From: Ginkgo biloba
Taxonomy: Eukaryota; Plantae; Ginkgophyta
Direction of reading: 5' to 3'
DNA: 18,394 nt
Assembly: GCA_024626585.2 (NCBI GenBank)
Contig: JANKJI020000004.1
Coordinates: 177,789,387 to 177,807,780 of the forward strand
Shown here: piece by piece, positions 12,258 to 18,394 of the stretch
How the letters are laid out: each line of letters begins with the position of its first letter
How positions within the stretch are numbered: position 1 is the first letter of the stretch
Notes under the pieces: generated by a model
Told to the model about the DNA's origin: nothing
The model's input: only the letters and a program-made list of their open reading frames with translations
The model's database searches: none
Made by a program: the position numbers and the translations under genes

Positions 12258-12728
12258 TCATGAGTATAGTAGTAACAATCTGTGCAGTGGAATTTCTGTA
12301 ACAAGGCTTCCCAGTGTACTACTGTCCTCAGAATTTAAGCAATTTTCTGCGATATTTGCTTAGGCTGTGATTTTGTGAATTTAACTTGAATATTCAAGCT
12401 GTCTGGCAATTCTAGAAGAGCATGTTGCTCATCGTCTACTTTGTGGGTACTGCATAATTGGCATATTCTTTGTTCCCATATTATTGGTGAGTTTCCCCAT
12501 CTCCCTGTTTTGCTTTGCAGGTCATGGGAGTTTGTTATAATCATCCCGCATATATTAGTTCTTTTTCTAGCTTAATACTTTGCTAGGTAATATGCGGCTT
12601 CAACCTTGTAGTCAATCATATTTATTCAGTCTACAGAGAAATTGAGATACCATAGTTTATTGAATAGCTTATTATCAGCATACCTTGATTTTTTCAGGGT
12701 ATCTTGTTTATCTAGATTCCAAACTGGT
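12258..12728 (-). mobile_element. LINE (non-LTR retrotransposon) ORF2 C-terminal fragment with CCHC-type zinc-finger region
   Basis: ORF 12335-12544 contains TNSHDLQSKTGRW...WEQRICQLCSTHKVDDEQHALLELP. This matches the R(T/L).SH.L..ETGRW..ER.C..C....EDE.HFLL.CP tail that follows the RT domain in some LINE clades. Flanking frames (NQFGI, NKLFNKLW, RKRTNI, LGSLV..I..HR) also fit. The RT domain is absent. Confidence 0.82.
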
Positions 12729-13515
12729 TCCACCAATGTATGTTAGTACTTTGACCTCCTCTATATCTCGCACATCGAGTTGAATAGACAATGCATGAAA
12801 CTCTGCATTGTAGTTTGAGACTAATTGTCATCATTTTTTACCATGATCATTGCCACTCTTGGATTTTATCTTGGATAAATCCATACAAATTCTTCTTGAG
12901 TAAGGCATCGAAGCCTTCCAAGTCCAAAGGTGTCTCTTTCCTCTCTAGTTGCAACTTGCACATGGATGCCCATGAGTTCATTGTTGCTTGCAAGAAATGA
13001 AGTTTAGCAAAGTCTACCTTAACAAACTCATCAAAATCCTCATTTATTGAAAACTAGACTTCAAGTTGTTGGATCCTATAATCAAATGCATTTGGATTTG
13101 TATCCCCGTTGAATGTGGGGATTTCTATGTGAGTCTTGAAATTAAAAGGTCATTGCTAACTAAGAGAGTGCTTTGGAATATTGGAAGTTGAGGAGGGAGA
13201 CAATGTTCCAATTGTGGACTTCAATGATGTTGTAGGCTTCTTTCCAAGCAGCTTAACCATCTGCTTCAACAGCTTATCATGCTTTGTTGCAAGTGCTTCA
13301 ACAAACATTTGACTAATTGCTCGCAGCCCTTCATCTTGCCTTATTTCTTCTTTCATCTTTTTCTGAGCTTCCATAAGTGTTGCCTCCTCTAATTTTTGTT
13401 CATACATTATTGTAGCAACTTTCTTCAAATAACAAACCTTTGGATGGTTAATGGGAGGCTCTATTGGGATCTTCCCTTCTCGTTTGTAGGTTGAACGTGT
13501 CTAGACTCCACTCAT
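12729..13515 (-). mobile_element. Ty3/gypsy gag (Retrotrans_gag-like), pseudogenised and 3'-truncated
   Basis: ATG at 13515 gives MSGV*TRSTYKREG..., in frame with ORF 13156-13428. After a frameshift: FKTHIEIPTFNGDTNPNAFDYRIQQLEV*FSINE..KVDFAKLHF..SW..EWQ*SW*K/LVSNYNAEFHALSIQLDVRDIEEVKVLTYIGG. This shows the IP.F.G, LE.YF, V..Y..EF and YI.GL gag motifs in order. Confidence 0.85.
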
Positions 13516-13623
13516 CCAATACTNNNNNNNNNNNNNNNNNNNNNNNNNNNNNNNNNNNNNNNNNNNNNNNNNNNNNNNNNNNNNNNNNNNNNNNNNNNNN
13601 NNNNNNNNNNNNNNNNNNNNNNN

Positions 13624-15620
13624 GTCGTTAATGCTTTTTGTCTTAAAAGGTGTATATAAGGGCAGAGTTCAGATTGAATTTCCATAGCTAAGGTGGATTG
13701 CTCCTCCGATGGCAAGGTGTCCAACATGCTGATCTCACGCAACAACAAATCCCACTCCATTTGGGCTTGATTAGTTTGGATAATTCGAGATCCAACTCCT
13801 CTATCTCGTCGTTAATTGTTGGGACGTGCCAGTGTTCAATATGTTGATCGCTTGAGTAGTTAGGGCGTCATTAGAGATCTCCACAATTCAAATAAAGTGA
13901 CCAATCCTTTTCTCTTTGACTCTCTGCATGGACAGAGGTGGAACAATATCTGAAGTGCACTCTATTGAAGGGTTTGTCTCAGAAAGGATCTGACACCACT
14001 GGGTTAAGGGAATTGTAAAACCAAAAGTTGAGTGGAGGTTGGGGTAACCACGTTTATAGGGCTCACAGGCAGGGGTATTGTGGTTACCACATTCTTCAAG
14101 GTGTTGAGGGTTGAAGATGCAATGGTGGAGTCTGGATTATTGGAAACATCAACAGAGGGTGGAATGCTAGAGCGTTTCTACCATCCTTCTTTCTCCTTCA
14201 GCGCTTTGGCCTCACTTGATTTTTTCTTCTTCTTCCTGCTTTCATTTGCTTCCTTATCCTTGGGATGGTCGTCTCTTCCAATACTGTTGGAATGACCCTT
14301 GGTGGCAGATTGGGATTTTTTGTGTTTTCGCTTTGATAACCCAGACACCTACGACAAGGATTTTTTCTTTTCCTTGTCCTTCCCAGTAGTGATTGATCTC
14401 TCCCGAGTCTCTGGGAATATAATCACTGGCAAGTCTGGGGGCGACCATGCCAAGCTATAGGGCTCATATGCAAAATGTGCTATATTGTTTGCCTAATAAT
14501 TGTATTGAGCCATTGGAGAATTCAGAGGGTGATCAATGACTAGAATTCTTTGCGATTGTAGGTTGGAGTTGGTTCAATATTTTTATTTAAATCCCTAGGT
14601 GATTTGTTCTATCTGTCCGAGACAGGGCCAAGATGGGACATGTTTTTTATCATTTGGTATTCCTATCAAAGAGGCGTACGTCATCTTATCATCTTCTGAC
14701 CATTCAAGTTCTCTACATTGCTTTTTGATGTATTCATGATTTTTTTTGTTTTTCTCTAGTGCGTCATTCAACCACTACAAAGTTGTATAGAAATTTCCCA
14801 AATAGGACATAGCAGTTTCAATTTTACCTTGACCTTTCCTTAGCTAAAGATGTTCATACAAATTCAATTGAGGCAGAGATGTTGGGTCAATCCATGCAAG
14901 AGGTCCCNNNNNNNNNNNNNNNNNNNNNNNNNNNNNNNNNNNNNNNNNNNNNNNNNNNNNNNNNNNNNNNNNNNNNNNNNNNNNNNNNNNNNNNNNNNNN
15001 NNNNNNNNNNNNNNNNNNNNNNNNNNNNNNNNNNNNNNNNNNNNNNNNNNNNNNNNNNNNNNNNNNNNNNNNNNNNNNNNNNNNNNNNNNNNNNNNNNNN
15101 NNNNNNNNNNNNNNNNNNNNNNNNNNNNNNNNNNNNNNNNNNNNNNNNNNNNNNNNNNNNNNNNNNNNNNNNNNNNNNNNNNNNNNNNNNNNNNNNNNNN
15201 NNNNNNNNNNNNNNNNNNNNNNNNNNNNNNNNNNNNNNNNNNNNNNNNNNNNNNNNNNNNNNNNNNNNNNNNNNNNNNNNNNNNNNNNNNNNNNNNNNNN
15301 NNNNNNNCTCCATCAACATGGACAACACAATTTTGAAACCAAAAAGCCCCTGATTCAAAGCAACGGAGCATTTCTATCACCACAACATACGGGAGGTATA
15401 ACAACGGTGCCATTGCATAATCGAGTATTCTGGCTTGTTACAATATCATGTATGCTAGTTTATGTTGTTTGTTCTCATTCACTTCAAAGAATATCTTCCA
15501 TTCATGGGCGTAATGGTCCAAAAGAAATTCAACTTCTTCGGTTACCCAGAAAAATTTAGCAACCATATTGCTTTAAAAGCTCTTTGGCTAGAAAAATGGT
15601 TAGGATGGCCATGTTCTTTT
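13624..15620 (-). pseudogene. Long degenerate ORF, copy A; probable accessory ORF of a large gypsy element, unknown function
   Basis: MVAKFFWVTEEVEFLLDHYAHEWKIFF..LAYMIL*QARILDYAMAPLLYLPYVVVIEMLRCFESGAFWFQNCVVHVDG-[gap]-GPLAWIDPTSLPQLNLYEHL*LRKG..WLNDALEK..; then K/E-rich and S/T/P-rich segments; then EWDLLLREISMLDTLPSEEQ. No gag/pol motifs. Spans the 14908-15307 gap; 5' boundary approximate. Confidence 0.6.
13630..14784. repeat. Direct repeat copy 1 (~1.15 kb), homologous to 17251-18394
   Basis: Collinear match at an offset of 3621 falling to 3610. I counted 54/64 identities in the first 64 aligned bases. Confidence 0.97.
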
Positions 15621-16018
15621 ATACAGCGCACTGTCTCAGGACCAACTGACCAAGTTTATCGCAGGTACTTACAAAGAGCATACAAGAATTTTGGATGAAT
15701 TGGAATAACTTAGTGAAGTGGGAACACAAACGAAAGAGGAGATTGCTTTGTTTTGAGTATACGCAGAGCTTGCTTAGCGGAGTATTTGTAAGTCTGAAGG
15801 TGGGATTTTTGGGGTAACACTAGGGGTGAGAGAGACACATGTGAGCATTAAAGGAGGGGATGACTGTGAGAGTTAATGGTTCTTTGGGGTTACTGTTGAT
15901 GAGTCACTGCCATATGGCCATTCTAGATTGTGCCTTTCGCTGCCAACTAGGCATTAGAAAAGACACCTTATGCATTTTTACTTCTTTGGCCATTAATTAT
16001 CTCCATCACCCCATTAAT

Positions 16019-16435
16019 TCATCGGGTGGAGGATTCCTTGTCCTGGCTCATGTTTGGCTCCCTGATTGAATCAAGGAGTGGGAGGGGACCCAAGAAGAAG
16101 TACACAACTCCCTTACTTTATTGCGGTTCGTTGCTCCTTGGTTGAATAGGAGTTGAAGGGGTCATGGCTACTGAGACGCTCCGTGGTTGGGTCAAGGGGT
16201 GAGAGGATACCCAGGAAGCAGTAGCTCTCTTGCCTTGGGGATCCTTCCCTGGTTGAGCCAGGGCACAAAGGTTTCCCTAGGGAGTGACTGCTCCTTGGTC
16301 CAGACACCACTCCCCAATCAACCCAGGAATCACCATGCCCGCTTAGGAGGCATCTAAACTCGTGCGAGGATCTTCAATCTTGAATGATAATTTGCCTCGA
16401 TTAAGCTTCCCTCCATCCCAGTACATATGAGCCAT
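16019..16435 (-). pseudogene. Possible degenerate ORF segment (139 codons, 3 internal stops)
   Basis: MAHMYWDGGKLNRGKLSFKIEDPRTSLDAS*AGMVIPGLIGEWCLDQGAVTP*GNL..; the internal stops are TAA/TAG, each one transition from Gln. GC-richer than its flanks. Unrecognised. Confidence 0.3.
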
Positions 16436-16599
16436 GCTATGATTAGTAGGTTCTCGAAAAGAGTGATTACAAGATTGAAAACTCCAAAAGATTCATGAAN
16501 NNNNNNNNNNNNNNNNNNNNNNNNNNNNNNNNNNNNNNNNNNNNNNNNNNNNNNNNNNNNNNNNNNNNNNNNNNNNNNNNNNNNNNNNNNNNNNNNNNN

Positions 16600-18394
16600 G
16601 AGAGCTAATTGATAGTTTAAGCTCCTAAATATTTGATTGTGAAGATCCCAAAAATTGTAATGTGTCCTTTAGGGTGACTTTGGAACTATCAATTAGGCTT
16701 TGATCTTATTGTACCAATTGAATGATCCCTAACTACTCACCAAATTGGGCTTCTCTTTCTTCTAAGGCTTGTGATTCTAAGGAGTTCATCTCTTTTCTTT
16801 GTTGGCACAAGATCTCTTACTCATTGTTCTATATTTGTGGCCCTTTATTCTGTATTTGTTGTTTTCTTTGTAGCAAGTTGCTTGTATAACTTTAGTAATC
16901 TTGCCAATTGAGACTCTGTCAATCATTCTTCTTTTAGGACATTGTTAACACTTCACATCACTTGTCATTTAAGCCTGTCCATATTATTTATTGCTAAGGC
17001 TAACTGCTCCTCTATAATGGATACAAGTTAAGCTGGGGTGGCCTTCAAATTTTTAATTTCATTTACGTTATCAAATATCTCTTAGTCCTTTTGTTATGCC
17101 TCAAGGTGTATTTCATTTACGACCTCCTCTTTCTCCTACAACTATCTCTCAGTGGATCTACATACTCCTCAGACTCTAATGACCTCTACTTCTAAGTGAG
17201 CTAACTTAGTTTGCACTTTTAGAGGAAAGGGAGGTGTTTCCCTCACCTCTAATGCTTTATCTTTTAAAAGGTGTATATGGGGGTGGAGGTCAGATTGAAT
17301 TTCTATAGCCAAGGTGGATTACTCCTCCGATGGCAAGTTGTCCAACATGTTGATCTCATGTAGCAACAAATCCCACTCCTTTTGGGCATGATTGGTTTGG
17401 AGGATTAAATCAAGCTCCAAGTCCTCTACTCTCGTCATTAATTCTTGGCATGTGCCAATGATCAATCTATCAGCCGCTTAAGACGTTAGGGCGTCATCAG
17501 AGATTTGCACAGTTCAAATAAAGCGACCCCTCCTTTTCTCTTTGAGGTTGAACAATATCAGAAGAGTATTGTATTGAAGGGTCTGTCTCAGAAAGGATTT
17601 ACCACCACTAGGTTAAGGGAATTTGTAAGACTACAGGCTGAGTGGAGGTGGGGGTAACCACATTTATAGGACTCACAAACAGGGGTATTGTGGTTACCAC
17701 ATTCTGCGAGGTGTTGAGAGTTGAAGACGCAGTGGTGGACTCTGGGTTATTGGAAACATCAACATAAGGTGGAACGCTGGAGTCTTTATGTCATCCTTCT
17801 TACTCCTTCAACTCTTCGGCCTCGCCTACATTTTGCTTCTTCTTCCTACCTTCATTTGCTTCCTTATCCTTGGGATGGTGTTTTTTTCGATATTGGCAGA
17901 ATGACCCGTGGCAGCAGATTGGAATTTTGAGTGTTTTCACTTTGATGACCCTAACACCTAGGCCAGGGATTTTTTCTTTTCCTTCTCCTTCCTGATAGTG
18001 ACTAATCTCTCCTAAGTCTCTGGGAATCTAATCACTGGCAAGTCTAGGAGCGACCATGCTAAGCTATAGGGCTCATGTGCAAAATGTTTTTTATTGTTTC
18101 CCCAATAATTATATTGACCCATTGGAGAATTCAGTGGGTGATCAATGACAAGAATTCTTTGTGGCCATGGGTTGGAAGTGGTACAATACTTTTCTTTAAA
18201 TCGCTAGATGATCTATTTTATCTGTCTAAGATGGGGCCAAGAAGGGACAGGTTTTTTATCAATTGGCATTCCTATCAGAGAGGCGTAGGTGATCTTATTC
18301 ATCTTATGACCATTGAAGTTCTCTCCATTACTTTTTGATATATTCATGATTTTTTTTGCTTTTCTCTGGTCTGTCATTCAACCACAATAGAGTT
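16600..18394 (-). pseudogene. Long degenerate ORF, copy B (paralogue of copy A) with a C-terminal coiled-coil-like region
   Basis: 17251-18394 aligns with copy A. It continues LEVRETPPFPLKVQTKLAHLEVEVIRV*GVCRSTER*L*EKEEVVNEIHLEA*QKD*EIFDNVNEIKNLK.. with stops at Gln/Arg-type codons. Runs off the window end. Confidence 0.6.
17251..18394. repeat. Direct repeat copy 2, homologous to 13630-14784
   Basis: Same alignment. Lacks the 17 bp present at 13920-13936 of copy 1. Confidence 0.97.

Larger units (their letters stand above)
2107..16599. other. Ten assembly gaps: 2107-2206, 3423-3522, 4637-4736, 6493-6509, 7790-8249, 9000-9106, 10346-11205, 13524-13623, 14908-15307, 16500-16599
   Basis: N-runs. 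The five of exactly 100 N are probably placeholders of unknown length. Confidence 0.99.

Noticed and set aside
14043-14088. Inverted repeat GGTAACCAC...GTGGTTACC conserved in both copies (also 17653-17698)
   Set aside because: Explained by a repeated VVT peptide whose codons (GTGGTWACCAC) are nearly palindromic.
14032-18338. Plus-strand ORFs 14032-14295, 15462-15698, 15860-16069, 17721-17930, 18075-18338
   Set aside because: Antisense shadows or chance ORFs; reading frames and extents are not shared between the repeat copies.
13630-18394. Repeat pair as the two LTRs of one element
   Set aside because: No TG..CA ends, PBS or PPT visible; divergence looks protein-constrained and the spacer has no gag/pol.

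Overview
AT-rich, gap-ridden (ten N-runs) eukaryotic nuclear scaffold, most likely from a seed plant with a large methylated genome. A gymnosperm such as Ginkgo, a cycad or a conifer is an inference. No intact gene is supported. The window is a mosaic of decayed elements: (1) an E/K-rich degenerate ORF; (2) the 3' end of a Ty3/gypsy chromovirus (chromodomain, PPT, LTR start); (3) a ~1.08 kb pseudogenised plastid rpoB fragment (NUPT) missed by the ORF track, with Ser/Pro codons at several conserved-Leu positions that look like fossil unedited C-to-U editing sites; (4) a LINE 3' fragment fused directly to a truncated gypsy gag; (5) two diverged, co-oriented copies of a long unidentified TE-accessory ORF. 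Stops in these remnants are mostly one C>T/G>A change from Gln/Arg/Trp codons. A central stretch (8.7-12.3 kb) looks intron-like, with weak minus-strand splice signals. All protein assignments are hand translations compared with remembered family consensuses; no searches were run. I found no convincing new functional system. The best leads are the editing-site fossil and the duplicated unknown ORF.
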